Below are positions 17,812-27,140 of a stretch of DNA of 64,000 nucleotides, piece by piece. The DNA comes from Dehalococcoidia bacterium. Lineage in GTDB: Bacteria > Chloroflexota > Dehalococcoidia > Bin125. Location of the stretch: positions 824,801 through 888,800 of the forward strand of contig CAXXRD010000001.1 of assembly GCA_963663895.2 (NCBI GenBank), in the 5' to 3' direction. Under the pieces are notes generated by a model. That model ran no database searches, had not been told where the DNA came from, and was given only the letters and a program-made list of their open reading frames with translations. The translations under genes were made by a program, and so were the position numbers. The stretch's first letter is position 1. The number at the start of each line of letters is the position of its first letter.

Positions 17812-18573
17812 ATGGATCTCGGACTGCAGGGTAAAGTCGCGCTGGTGACGGCCGCGTCCGAAGGGATCGGCAAGCACTGCGCGCTGGCGTTGGCGGAGGA
17901 AGGGGCGCACGTCGCGATCTGCGCGCGGCGAGCCGCGTTGCTCAAGGCCGCGCGGGCGGAGATCGACGCGGCCGGCGCCGGGACGACGATCGCCGAGGTA
18001 GCCGATCTGACCGAGGCCGCGGCGGCGGAGCAGGTGGTGGAACGAACCGTGGAAGCGCTCGGCGGGCTCGACATCCTGGTGAACAACATGGGCGGTTCGG
18101 TGAGCGGCGACGAGGACGCGGTCTGGAGCGAGATGTTCGAGTTGAACTTGCTGTCCACGGTCCGGGCAACGCGGGCGGCGATTCCGCACATGACGGCGCG
18201 GGGAGGCGGATCGATCATCCACATCGGCTCGGTGTTCGGGCGGGAGGCGGGCGGGCGGCCGCCCTACAACACGATGAAGGCGGCGGTGCACGCCCATGCG
18301 ACGGCGATGGCGTTGGCGCACGCGCGCGACAACATCCGCGTGAACGCAGTCGCGCCGGGGTCGATCGCATGGCCGGGGAGCAAGTGGCAGCGACGTTACG
18401 AGGACGACCCCGCGACGATCCAGCGGGAAGTGCTGGATACGATCGCGTTCGGGCGCTTCGGCCGGCCGGAGCAAGTGGCAGCGGTGGTGACGTTCCTGGC
18501 ATCGGAGAAGGCGGGCTGGGTGACGGGCGCCTGCCTGAACGTCGATGGCGGGCAGAGCCGGTCGATTATTTAG
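17812..18573 (+). CDS. SDR family oxidoreductase
   Basis: MDLGLQGKVALVTAASEGIG, LVNN, YNTMK and NVDGG. Confidence 0.92.
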   Translation: MDLGLQGKVALVTAASEGIGKHCALALAEEGAHVAICARRAALLKAARAEIDAAGAGTTIAEVADLTEAAAAEQVVERTVEALGGLDILVNNMGGSVSGDEDAVWSEMFELNLLSTVRATRAAIPHMTARGGGSIIHIGSVFGREAGGRPPYNTMKAAVHAHATAMALAHARDNIRVNAVAPGSIAWPGSKWQRRYEDDPATIQREVLDTIAFGRFGRPEQVAAVVTFLASEKAGWVTGACLNVDGGQSRSII

Positions 18574-18607
18574 GCTATTTCGGCGGCCGGTCACCGGAGG
18601 AGCAAGC

Positions 18608-19063
18608 ATGATGGGCGGGTTGGCCGAGCTGCGGGAGACAAGCCGGGAGCGGGCACGGCGCTGGTGGCCGGCGGCGCGGCCACTGGTGGGAGGAGCAGTG
18701 GGGACGGCGATCATCGTGGGGTTCTTGGCGGGGCGGGGCGGGGATCCGAGCGGACCGTTCGACGCGATCACGGGGACCCAGCGCGGGGGCTGGAACCGGC
18801 ACGAGGATTTCCATCTGGCGCTGGTGGTAGGGGGCGCGGCCGCGGCCGCGGTGATGGTGACGTTGGTCGCGGAGTGGGTGCGACGCTGGTGGTGGGTGAC
18901 GGCGGCCGTCGTCGCGGGCGGGGTCTGCTTGCTGATCCGGGAGACGGCCGGCGTGGAGGGCACGGGGGGCAGCGTGCTCCTCGCGCTCGTCTTTTTCTGT
19001 CTGTGCCTGGCGGGCGCGGTGGCGGTGATCGACCTGCTCGGCGCCCGGCGGCGGGGACGCTAA
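18608..19063 (+). CDS. Hypothetical membrane protein (about 4 TM helices)
   Basis: GGAGG RBS and hydrophobic segments; follows the SDR gene. Confidence 0.55.
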   Translation: MMGGLAELRETSRERARRWWPAARPLVGGAVGTAIIVGFLAGRGGDPSGPFDAITGTQRGGWNRHEDFHLALVVGGAAAAAVMVTLVAEWVRRWWWVTAAVVAGGVCLLIRETAGVEGTGGSVLLALVFFCLCLAGAVAVIDLLGARRRGR

Positions 19064-19070
19064 TCGCAAG

Positions 19071-19388
19071 CTAGGGCGCCTCTTCCACCACGGCGGACAT
19101 CGATCCTTGGCAGTGCTCGACGCGGGGATCCGGCCCGTAGCCGTGGATACCCTGCTGATGCCGCTTCACCTGATCAAAGCCGGCCGTCTCGACGATGGCG
19201 CGGCCCTGCGTATCGACGAGGCGGGCAAGCGCGAAGGCTTTCTCGCGGCCGTGACCGAGCACGCGGCCCAGCATCTCCACGACGTAAGCGTAGGTGTGAT
19301 CGTTGTCGTTCAGGAGGACGAGATGGTAGATGGGGGCGGTGCGGACCGATTCGTCGGTGGCGGGGCGGGCCGTCGTTTCGCTTGCCAT
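19071..19388 (-). CDS. clpS: ATP-dependent Clp protease adaptor ClpS
   Basis: YHLVLLNDNDHTYAYVVEML...VDTQGRAIV. Confidence 0.85.
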   Translation of the reverse strand: MASETTARPATDESVRTAPIYHLVLLNDNDHTYAYVVEMLGRVLGHGREKAFALARLVDTQGRAIVETAGFDQVKRHQQGIHGYGPDPRVEHCQGSMSAVVEEAP

Positions 19389-19429
19389 GGGGCGATCGTA
19401 GTCGAAGCGGCCAATCGATCCAGCGCAAC

Positions 19430-20256
19430 CTAGATCCGGGCCGTCGCCGCGCCGTCCACAACGACGACCTGGCCGGTGAAGTAGCCGCTGTCGGCGGCGA
19501 GCATGACGACGGCTCCGGTGACTTCGTCGTTGGTCACGAGGGCGCGGGCGGGAGGATCTTGGTGAGGGTCTTGCGATGCTCCGGATCGTCGCCGATCCCC
19601 GCCTGGTCCTCGTACCAACCGACTTGGACCGTGTTGACGGTGACGCCCGTGCGGGCCCACTCGGTCGCGAGGGCGCGGGTGAGGGCGAGGACGCCGCTCT
19701 TGGCGGCGGCGTAGGCGGCCATGTTCATGACGCCGCGATCACCGGCGACGGAGGCAACGTTGATGATGCGGCCGTAGCCAGCGCGCAGCATGACCCGGCC
19801 GGCGGCCTGACAGGTCAGCGCCACCGAAGTGAGATTCGCCGCGAGGGTGGCGTTCCATTCCTCCAGGCTGGTTTCACCGAAGGGCATGGCGAAGAGCAGG
19901 TCCTGCGCATTGACCAGCAGATCGAGGCGGCGCCACTCGTCTTCCACCCGTTGAACGGCGGCCTCGACGGCAACAGGGTCCGTGAGGTCGACTTGCAAAG
20001 CAAGATTGCGCCGTCCCAGCGACCAGACTTGGTTGGCGGCGGAGTTCACTTGGAAGTGCTCGTCGGCAGAGCCGGTGAGGCCGGCCAAGGCGACATCGGC
20101 GCCGGCTTCGGCCAAGGCCAGGGCGATGGCGCCGCCGAGCGGGCGGGCAGCCCCCGTCACCAAGGCGACGCGGCCGCGGAGATCGAAGGGCCGCTCGGGC
20201 TGCGGAGGCGCGGGCACGCCGCCCGCAGCGGTGGGAGGGGAAAGTTGGTCGCTCAT
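19430..20256 (-). CDS. SDR family oxidoreductase with a frameshift near 19550 (assembly error or pseudogene)
   Basis: VTGAARPLG and YAAAK are present. The C-terminus (ALVTNDEV...FTGQVVVVDG) continues in another frame after a short C-run. Confidence 0.8.
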
Positions 20257-21065
20257 GCCGAAGCGCCGGGCAAGGGGATTCGAGGCGCCCAACCGAAGGG
20301 CGTCACGCCGCCTGCGAGGCCGCCGCCGTCTTGCACGATGACCGCGCCGTTGATGCCGTCGGCGGCGGGGGAGCAAAGGAAGACGGCGACGGGGCCGATC
20401 TCCCAGGTCGTGCCAAAGCGTCCGACCGGGATATAGCGACCGCCGCCCCAACGGGTCGCTTGCGCTTCCGTCTGGGGAAAGAGACCGAGGGCCATGGTGT
20501 TGATCTGGATGTTATGGCGGCCGTAGCTGAGCGCCAGCGACCGGGTCAGGTTAATCACCCCCGCCTTCGCCGCCGTGTACATGTTGAGGTCACGGTTGCC
20601 GCGCAGGCCCAACCCCGACGCGGTCGTGAGGATCTTGCCGCGGCCCTGCTCCAGCATCTGGGGGATCACGGCGCGGATGCAAGAGACGGTGCTGGTGAGA
20701 TTCGTGTCGATGCCGGCCAGCCAATCGGCCTCGCTGATCGTGTGCAGGGGCCGGCCGTCACCGGCGGTGCGGCCGCCGGCGTTGTGGAGCAGGATGTCGA
20801 TGCGGCCGAGCTCGGCGAGGGAGCGCTCCACCATCCGCTCGACCGAGGCGCTGTCGGTGACGTCGGCTCGTACGGCCGCCGCGCGGCGGCCTCTGGCGCG
20901 CACCTCGTCGGCGACGGCGTCGATCTCCGCCTGCGTGCGGGCGCTGCACACGACATCGGCACCGGCGTCGGCAAAGGCGAGCGCCATGGCGCGGCCGAGG
21001 CCGCGGCCGGATCCGGTGATCAGCGCGACGCGGCCGTCAAGGCGGAGGCGATCGAGGACGGTCAT
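20253..21065 (-). CDS. SDR family oxidoreductase
   Basis: TGSGRGLG, HNAG, YTAAK and VQDGG; ATGA-coupled to its neighbours. Confidence 0.92.
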   Translation of the reverse strand: MTVLDRLRLDGRVALITGSGRGLGRAMALAFADAGADVVCSARTQAEIDAVADEVRARGRRAAAVRADVTDSASVERMVERSLAELGRIDILLHNAGGRTAGDGRPLHTISEADWLAGIDTNLTSTVSCIRAVIPQMLEQGRGKILTTASGLGLRGNRDLNMYTAAKAGVINLTRSLALSYGRHNIQINTMALGLFPQTEAQATRWGGGRYIPVGRFGTTWEIGPVAVFLCSPAADGINGAVIVQDGGGLAGGVTPFGWAPRIPLPGASA

Positions 21066-21682
21066 CGGCTGCCTCCAGCGGCGGCGGGAGCCGCCTCGAC
21101 GACGACCGCGTCCGCAGGTACAAGGTCGCCGCGGTCCGTGAGCAGGGCAACGGCGGTGCGGCCGATGGCCTGCGCGTCTGGCGATCCGGGAACGAGCAGG
21201 GCGACCACGGTGACACCGGCGATCGAGTTGAGGAGCGAGCGCAGATCAAAGCGCTGCGCGTCGCCGGCGGGGTCGGCTTCCGCGACGATCAGCACCACGC
21301 GACTCGCATCTGCGCCGGCGCCTCTCGCGATCTCCTTGGCGGCGATGCGCAGCGGCTCGGCCGCCGTGGCCGCGCTCCGCTCCAGGGTGGAGGCGTGCAG
21401 AACCAAGGCCGCGAGGTCCAAGCCGCCCAGCGCCTTGCGCAGCTTCTTGGTAGCGACCCGCACGCTGGTGGGGTTGGCGAGGTCGGTCGCCTCGGCGGGA
21501 CCGCCGGCGGCGGCACGCTTGAGTGCGAAAAGCGCTTGACCGTCCGTGGTCGTACCGGTGACGCCGACCAGCGCGCCGGCATCGCGGAGCGCAGCGGCAA
21601 GCGCGCGCCCGAGGGCGGTGTCGCCGCCGAAGACGATCGCCCTACGTCCGATGAGATCCGCAGGAGTCCGATTGTCGCTCAA
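21062..21682 (-). CDS. Degenerate SDR-like Rossmann protein lacking YxxxK
   Basis: TTG start after AAGGGAGG. Has AIVFGGDTALGRALA, DLAN and LGGLD, but no catalytic Tyr/Lys. Confidence 0.7.
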   Translation of the reverse strand: MSDNRTPADLIGRRAIVFGGDTALGRALAAALRDAGALVGVTGTTTDGQALFALKRAAAGGPAEATDLANPTSVRVATKKLRKALGGLDLAALVLHASTLERSAATAAEPLRIAAKEIARGAGADASRVVLIVAEADPAGDAQRFDLRSLLNSIAGVTVVALLVPGSPDAQAIGRTAVALLTDRGDLVPADAVVVEAAPAAAGGSR

Positions 21683-21816
21683 GAGACCTCCCTTAAGCCG
21701 GGCCGCCAGATACGGGCATGCTATCGCGTCTTGCACAGTGTGCGGTCGCGACTGGCGAGGAGGGGATCGATGGACTAGATTGCACACCCACCCGAGCCAG
21801 CCGTTCTGGAGCAACG

Positions 21817-22950
21817 ATGGACCTCGGCCTCTCTGAAGAGCAAGAGATGCTACGCAATTTCGCGCGCGACTTCTTGGAGAAGGAGTGTCCGGAGTCGCTG
21901 GTGCGGGAGATGGAGGAGGACGAGCGCGGCTACCCGGCCACACTCTGGCAGGGGATGGCGCGGCAGGGCTGGCAAGGGTTGATCATCCCCGCAGAGTACG
22001 GGGGTACGGGGATGCAGTTCCTGGACCTCTGCGTGCTGCTGGAAGAGTTTGGGCGGGCGCTGGTACCGGGGCCGTTCTTGAGCACGGCCGTGCTCGGCGC
22101 CGTACCGGTGATGGACGCCGGCAGCGACGCGCAGAAGCAGGAGATCCTGCCGCGCGTCGCGAGCGGCGAGCTGGTGATGACGCTGGCTCTCACGGAGCCG
22201 TCGGGGCGGTTTGAGGCGGACGCGGTCACCATGCGCGCGAGCAAGCAAGACGACGCGTACGTGCTGAACGGCACGAAGCTGTTCGTGCCGGACGCGCACG
22301 TGGCGGACACGCTCGTGGTAGCGGCGCGGACGGGCGGCGAGAGCGAACGAGGGATCTCGCTCTTCCTGGTCGACGGGGCAGCGACGGGGCTGAGCACCAC
22401 GGTGCTCAAGACGATCGCGGCGGACAAGCAGTGCGAGGTGCGTTTCGAGGACGTGCGCGTGCCGGCGGCGGCGCTGCTGGGGGCGGAGGGAGCAGGCTGG
22501 GAAGCGTTACGCGGGGTGCGGCGCAAGGCCACAGTCGCGTACTGCGCATACCTCGTGGGGCTGGCGCAGCGCGATTTCGAGATCAGCGTCGACTACGCCA
22601 AGGAACGGGAGCAGTTCGGGCGGCCCATCGGCTCGTTCCAGGCGATCCAGCACAAGGCGGCGGACATGGTGACGGACGTCGACGCGTCGCGGTTCATCAT
22701 GTATCGGGCGGCATGGGCCGTGAGCGAGGATGAGCCGGATCAGGACCTGCAGGTGAGCATGGCGAAGGCGTGGTGCTCCGACGCGAGCCAGCGGGTGGTG
22801 GCGCACGGGCAGCAGATCCACGGCGGGATCGGTTTCACCAAGGAATACAAGATCCAGCTCTTCTTCCGCCGGCAGAAGATGGCGGAGCTCATGTGGGGGG
22901 ATGGAGACTACCATCGGGAGCAGGTAGCGCAGCTATTGGAGATCGCGTAG
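21817..22950 (+). CDS. Acyl-CoA dehydrogenase family protein
   Basis: LALTEP, LNGTKLFV, REQFGRPIGSFQAIQHK and HGGIGFT. Confidence 0.93.
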   Translation: MDLGLSEEQEMLRNFARDFLEKECPESLVREMEEDERGYPATLWQGMARQGWQGLIIPAEYGGTGMQFLDLCVLLEEFGRALVPGPFLSTAVLGAVPVMDAGSDAQKQEILPRVASGELVMTLALTEPSGRFEADAVTMRASKQDDAYVLNGTKLFVPDAHVADTLVVAARTGGESERGISLFLVDGAATGLSTTVLKTIAADKQCEVRFEDVRVPAAALLGAEGAGWEALRGVRRKATVAYCAYLVGLAQRDFEISVDYAKEREQFGRPIGSFQAIQHKAADMVTDVDASRFIMYRAAWAVSEDEPDQDLQVSMAKAWCSDASQRVVAHGQQIHGGIGFTKEYKIQLFFRRQKMAELMWGDGDYHREQVAQLLEIA

Positions 22951-22995
22951 CGACTTCCCTGGCACCCGGCTTTGGTGGCGGGGTGGCCAGCCTTC

Positions 22996-23033
22996 ACGCA
23001 GAAGCCCGAGGGATGTCCCTCGGGCTTCTGCGT
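22996..23033. terminator. Perfect inverted repeat between convergent genes (likely terminator)
   Basis: ACGCAGAAGCCCGAGGGA-TG-TCCCTCGGGCTTCTGCGT. Confidence 0.7.
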
Positions 23034-23156
23034 TGTGGGACGGGCCGTTCTTAGTGATGAAAGCTCGGTGATGGAAGATTGTCGAAAGAGCGCCCATGTG
23101 GCCGGGGAGCCGTGTCTGCGCCATAAACCCGGCCCGTTCGCTTCAGCGGCCGCCTC

Positions 23157-23489
23157 TCAAGCCGACCCGCCGCGCCGTCCCGCCGCGTAACTCCCGCCCG
23201 CCAGCGTGACGAGGACGCCGGCGACGATGGCCCAGGGCCAGCGGTCGCTGCTCGACCCGGCAGACGCGGCCGGCGACGGAATCTGCTGCGGCATGACCTC
23301 AACGGTCTCGGCAGCGAGCGGCGCTTCGCTCGTCTCCGCAGCCTCGGCAACGAGGGTCGCCGCGACGAAGACTCCCGCCAGCAAGGCCACAGCCACGTTC
23401 AGCCTGCAGATGCGCAGCAGACCCGCACGGGCTTGCCGGGAATTGGGCGGCGCCACCCGGGGCCGATCGTCAAACGGGACGAGGTTCAT
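23157..23489 (-). CDS. Small protein with signal/TM segment, Ala/Ser linker and C-terminal TM anchor
   Basis: GGAGG RBS and ATGA overlap with the upstream ORF. Ends SSSDRWPW-TM-RR. Confidence 0.6.
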   Translation of the reverse strand: MNLVPFDDRPRVAPPNSRQARAGLLRICRLNVAVALLAGVFVAATLVAEAAETSEAPLAAETVEVMPQQIPSPAASAGSSSDRWPWAIVAGVLVTLAGGSYAAGRRGGSA

Positions 23490-23893
23490 GAACGTGATCC
23501 CTCCGCGTTGGTGAAGGTGGCTACTTTGGGGGAGAGACAGCGGTCGCGCAACCAGAGGAGCGCGAACAAGAGCAGCGGCGCGACGGCCAGCGAGACCCAA
23601 AGCCAGCGCTTGTCCCACCCCTGGGCGCTGGAGTTGCTGGAAGCGGCGGCGGCGATTTCGAGCGCGGCGCTGGTTTGGCTCTGGACGGCCAAGCGGTCGC
23701 CGGAGGCAGCGTCTGCGATCCCCGCATCCAGCGGCGCGGCCCCGGCCGGGCGCTCGTAGGCGGGCTGGGCATGGGCAGCTCCAGTGACGGCCACCAAACC
23801 GAGCGCCAACATGGCCCAGACCACCGCCGCAACGATCGCGGGGCGTGCGCGTAGGCCGAACCTCGGGCCGGTTGGAAGCCAACGTGTGCGCAT
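23486..23893 (-). CDS. Small protein with signal peptide (AHA|Q), Ala/Ser linker and C-terminal TM anchor
   Basis: GGAAGG RBS. Ends SSAQGWDKRWLW-TM-RDR. Confidence 0.6.
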   Translation of the reverse strand: MRTRWLPTGPRFGLRARPAIVAAVVWAMLALGLVAVTGAAHAQPAYERPAGAAPLDAGIADAASGDRLAVQSQTSAALEIAAAASSNSSAQGWDKRWLWVSLAVAPLLLFALLWLRDRCLSPKVATFTNAEGSRS

Positions 23894-24001
23894 CCTTCCA
23901 CCACCTTGGATCGCCGCCGACCCGCCACGTATCGACGGCTCCATGAGTGAAACGCGAAACGAGGCGGAAGGGTTCCGAAAAAGGGGCCGGGGAGGCAGGG
24001 T

Positions 24002-24018
24002 GTTACAGAGGCTTTACA
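24002..24018 (-). promoter_or_regulatory. OmpR/PhoB/WalR-type direct-repeat operator
   Basis: TGTAAA-N5-TGTAAC on the minus strand (11-bp period), in a divergent intergenic region. Confidence 0.5.
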
Positions 24019-24112
24019 TTTCCCTGGCGCCGGGGACGGACCGCTGCCGTGTAGCGGCGGGGACGGGAGACGGCTAGGCTCGGCGCGCCGGACAGTGAGA
24101 TCGAGGGATGCG

Positions 24113-24460
24113 ATGCACGAGGCCGACTGCCTGTTCTGCAAGATGACGCAGGGCGAGATCCCGACCGAGCGACTGATCGATGATGATCAGCTCTTCGCGA
24201 TCCGAGACATCAATCCACGGGCTCCCGTCCACGTGCTGCTGATCCCCAAGCAGCACCTGCCCTCCGCCCGGGCGATCGAGTCCTCGCACGGGCCACTGCT
24301 GGGCGCGCTGTTCGCCCGAGCAAACGAGGCGGCGCGGATCGAAGGCGTGTTCGAGGACGGGTTCCGGTTGGCCTTCAACGTAGGCGACGCGGCGGGGATG
24401 ACGGTCCATCACCTCCATCTGCACCTCCTGGGCGGCCGCCAGTTGGGCCCGGAGGGATGA
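24113..24460 (+). CDS. HIT (histidine triad) family protein
   Basis: DCLFCK, DINPRAPVHVLLIPK and HHLHLHLLGGR. Confidence 0.93.
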   Translation: MHEADCLFCKMTQGEIPTERLIDDDQLFAIRDINPRAPVHVLLIPKQHLPSARAIESSHGPLLGALFARANEAARIEGVFEDGFRLAFNVGDAAGMTVHHLHLHLLGGRQLGPEG

Positions 24461-25062
24461 GCGAGGCGGCGCTGGGGCTGGAGCGATTGCGCCTAGAGGC
24501 GCAGTCGCTCCCGGCGGCGCTGCGGGCGCACACCGGCCGGGTGGTGGCGGAGGCGCGCCGACTCGCGCGGCACTACGCGCTGGATACGGCACGCGTGGAG
24601 GCGGCCGCCTGGGGGCACGACCTCTTCCGTGGACACAGCGGCGACGCCCTGCTGGAGGTCGCAGGGAAGCTCGGGATCGAGGCCGACCTCGCGGCCCGCG
24701 CGCGGCCGATCCTGCTGCATGGGCCGGTGGCGGCAGCGACCGCCGAGGAGCAATGGGGAGTGGAGGACGCGGAGGTGATCGAGGCGATCCGCTGGCACAC
24801 GACGGCGCGCCCAGGGATGTCGCTGTTCGCGGCGGTGGTCTTCCTCGCGGACAAGATCGAACCGGAGAAGGTCGGGGCGGATGCGGAGCTAGCGGCGATT
24901 CGGGATCTCGCCCCGCGCGATCCAGAGGCCGCAGTGCTCGCCTACCTGGACCGGCAGATGGAGCGGCACTTGCGGGCGGGACGGATTATCCACCCCGCGA
25001 GCGTCGAGGCGCGGAATGCGCTGCTGCTTCGCGATCCCGGATCCGGTGGTCCACAGGCTTGA
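24457..25062 (+). CDS. yqeK: YqeK-like HD-domain Ap4A hydrolase
   Basis: HT, GHDL, LLHG, AIRWHTT and ADKIEP. Confidence 0.85.
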   Translation: MSEAALGLERLRLEAQSLPAALRAHTGRVVAEARRLARHYALDTARVEAAAWGHDLFRGHSGDALLEVAGKLGIEADLAARARPILLHGPVAAATAEEQWGVEDAEVIEAIRWHTTARPGMSLFAAVVFLADKIEPEKVGADAELAAIRDLAPRDPEAAVLAYLDRQMERHLRAGRIIHPASVEARNALLLRDPGSGGPQA

Positions 25063-25228
25063 GTTGTCCACCGGGACGCCGTCGGCTGCGTTGCAGGAGC
25101 GGTGTGACGCATCTTCGCGACGGAGAAGGCGCCGCGCGGGGCAACGTGATTGGGGCGGGGAAAATCCGCGAAGGCGATCGCGAAGCGAGGGTCGGGCACC
25201 GCACTTCTCCCCCTGCTCTTCCGTGTTT

Positions 25229-25248
25229 CGAACACTTGTGCGTATAGT
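25229..25248 (+). promoter_or_regulatory. LexA (SOS) box adjoining the ruvB -10 element
   Basis: CGAACACTTGTGCG (one mismatch to GAAC-N4-GTTC) followed directly by TATAGT, 6 nt before the ATG. Confidence 0.7.
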
Positions 25249-25254
25249 GGCAGC

Positions 25255-26379
25255 ATGACCGCCACGACCGATCGCGTGCCACGCGCTACCGAGGCTCCCG
25301 ACGCCCTGCCCGATGCCGCGCCCGGCCCCGTCCCCGCTCCCGGCGAGGAGGAGCCGATCACGCGCTCGCTACGCCCCCGCCGCCTCCAAGACTTCGTGGG
25401 GATGGGCGTGATCAAAGACTCGCTGGCGATCGCGATCACAGCGGCGCAGCGTCGCGAGGAGCCCGTGGACCACATCTTGTTCTACGGGCCACCCGGGCTG
25501 GGCAAGACGACGCTGGCGGCGATCGTCGCGGCGGAGATGGGCGTGAACCTGCGCACCACGTCGGGACCGGCGATCGCCCGGCCGGGCGACTTGGCCAGCA
25601 TCCTCACGTCGCTGCAAGCGGGAGACGTGCTGTTCATCGATGAATGTCACCGGCTGGCGCGCGGCGTCGAGGAGGTGCTCTACCCCGTGATGGAGGACTT
25701 CGCCCTGGACCTCATGATCGGCAAGGGGGCGGGCGCGCGCAGCGTACGACTGGCGGTCCAACCGTTCACGTTGATCGCCGCCACGACCCGCTACGCCCTG
25801 CTGAGCCCTCCTCTGCGCGAGCGCTTCGGCGCCGTGTACCGAGTCGACTTCTACGCGCCGGAGGATCTGAGCGCGATCGTCCAGGCCAACGCGGCGAAGC
25901 TCTCGATCCCCATCTCGGACGAGGGAGCGCGGACGCTGGCCGAGCGATCGCGGGGGACGCCGCGAATCGCAAACCGGCTCTTGCGCCGCGCGCGGGACTT
26001 CGCACAGGTGCGGGCGGATGGGACGATTTCGGCACAGGTCGCAGAGGAAGCGCTGGCGCGCATCCAGATCGACGCGTTGGGACTTGACGACCGCGATCGC
26101 GTTCTGCTGCGAACGCTCGTCGAGCGGTTCAAGGGCGGGCCGGTGGGACTGGAGACGCTCGCGGCCGCGATCACGGAGGAGCCAGATACGGTGATGGACG
26201 TGTACGAGCCGTACTTGCTACAGCTCGGCTTCCTCCAGCGCACGCCCCGCGGGCGGGTCGCGATGCCGGCGGCGTTCGAGTATCTCAACGCCAAGGTGCC
26301 GGCGGCACTCGCGGCCGATCCGACGACGCGCCAGCCGAATCTTTTCGATAAGAGAGAGGGAGATGCGCCGGCCCAGTAG
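25255..26379 (+). CDS. ruvB: Holliday junction branch migration helicase RuvB
   Basis: [41 protein letters not shown] and RTPRGR. Confidence 0.96.
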   Translation: MTATTDRVPRATEAPDALPDAAPGPVPAPGEEEPITRSLRPRRLQDFVGMGVIKDSLAIAITAAQRREEPVDHILFYGPPGLGKTTLAAIVAAEMGVNLRTTSGPAIARPGDLASILTSLQAGDVLFIDECHRLARGVEEVLYPVMEDFALDLMIGKGAGARSVRLAVQPFTLIAATTRYALLSPPLRERFGAVYRVDFYAPEDLSAIVQANAAKLSIPISDEGARTLAERSRGTPRIANRLLRRARDFAQVRADGTISAQVAEEALARIQIDALGLDDRDRVLLRTLVERFKGGPVGLETLAAAITEEPDTVMDVYEPYLLQLGFLQRTPRGRVAMPAAFEYLNAKVPAALAADPTTRQPNLFDKREGDAPAQ

Positions 26380-26431
26380 CGGAGCGCGCGCCGTGGGCGC
26401 GGGAGCCGATGCGCTGGTGCAGCCGGCCACG

Positions 26432-27115
26432 ATGGAGAGGTGCGGCGATCGGCCGCGGATCGGTTCGCCCGCCGCCCAACCGCCGGGGCAGGCTGTCGAG
26501 GAAACGCCGGAAGCGACGACGCCCGGCGAGCCTGCTGCGACGAGTTCCTACGTCCTGCGCCCGATGACGGCGAGCGACGTACCGCAGATCGTCGCGATCG
26601 AGCGTCGGGTGTTCGGAGCGGACGCTTGGCCCGCGCGCGCGTTTCAGGAGGAGCAGTGCAACCGCGTTGCCTACTACTTCGTCCTTACGCCCGCGCCGGA
26701 CAAGCGTCCCGGCGTGATCGCCGGGTACGTGGGGCTGTGGGCGTTGTCTGATTCGGTTCAGATCGTCACGATCGCCGTGCGGCCGGAGTCGCAGCGTGGT
26801 GGTCTTGGCGAGCTGTTGGTGCAACGGGCCTTCGCGCTGGCCGAGGAGGTGGGAGCCGAGGAGGTGACGCTGGAATGCCGCGAGTCGAACGAGCCGGCGC
26901 GGCGCTTGTACGGCAAGTACGGTTTCGAAGAGGTCGGGCGGCGGCGGCGCTACTACCAGGACAACGGCGAGGATGCGCTGATCATGACGGCGCCCGCGTT
27001 AAGCGCGGCGGCGCGGCGCCGGCGAGATCAGCTGCGAAGCCGACATTGGGCGCGCTTCGGGATCGTGCTGCGCGACGAGACGGACGAGGTGGAGGAGCGG
27101 AGGCGGGCACCCTAG
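26432..27115 (+). CDS. rimI: RimI-like ribosomal-protein-alanine N-acetyltransferase
   Basis: TIAVRPESQRGGLG, LECRESNEPARRLYGKYGF and YYQDNGEDALIM. The start is uncertain. Confidence 0.85.
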   Translation: MERCGDRPRIGSPAAQPPGQAVEETPEATTPGEPAATSSYVLRPMTASDVPQIVAIERRVFGADAWPARAFQEEQCNRVAYYFVLTPAPDKRPGVIAGYVGLWALSDSVQIVTIAVRPESQRGGLGELLVQRAFALAEEVGAEEVTLECRESNEPARRLYGKYGFEEVGRRRRYYQDNGEDALIMTAPALSAAARRRRDQLRSRHWARFGIVLRDETDEVEERRRAP

Positions 27116-27140
27116 TGATCTCCCTCGTATACTCGCGCGG

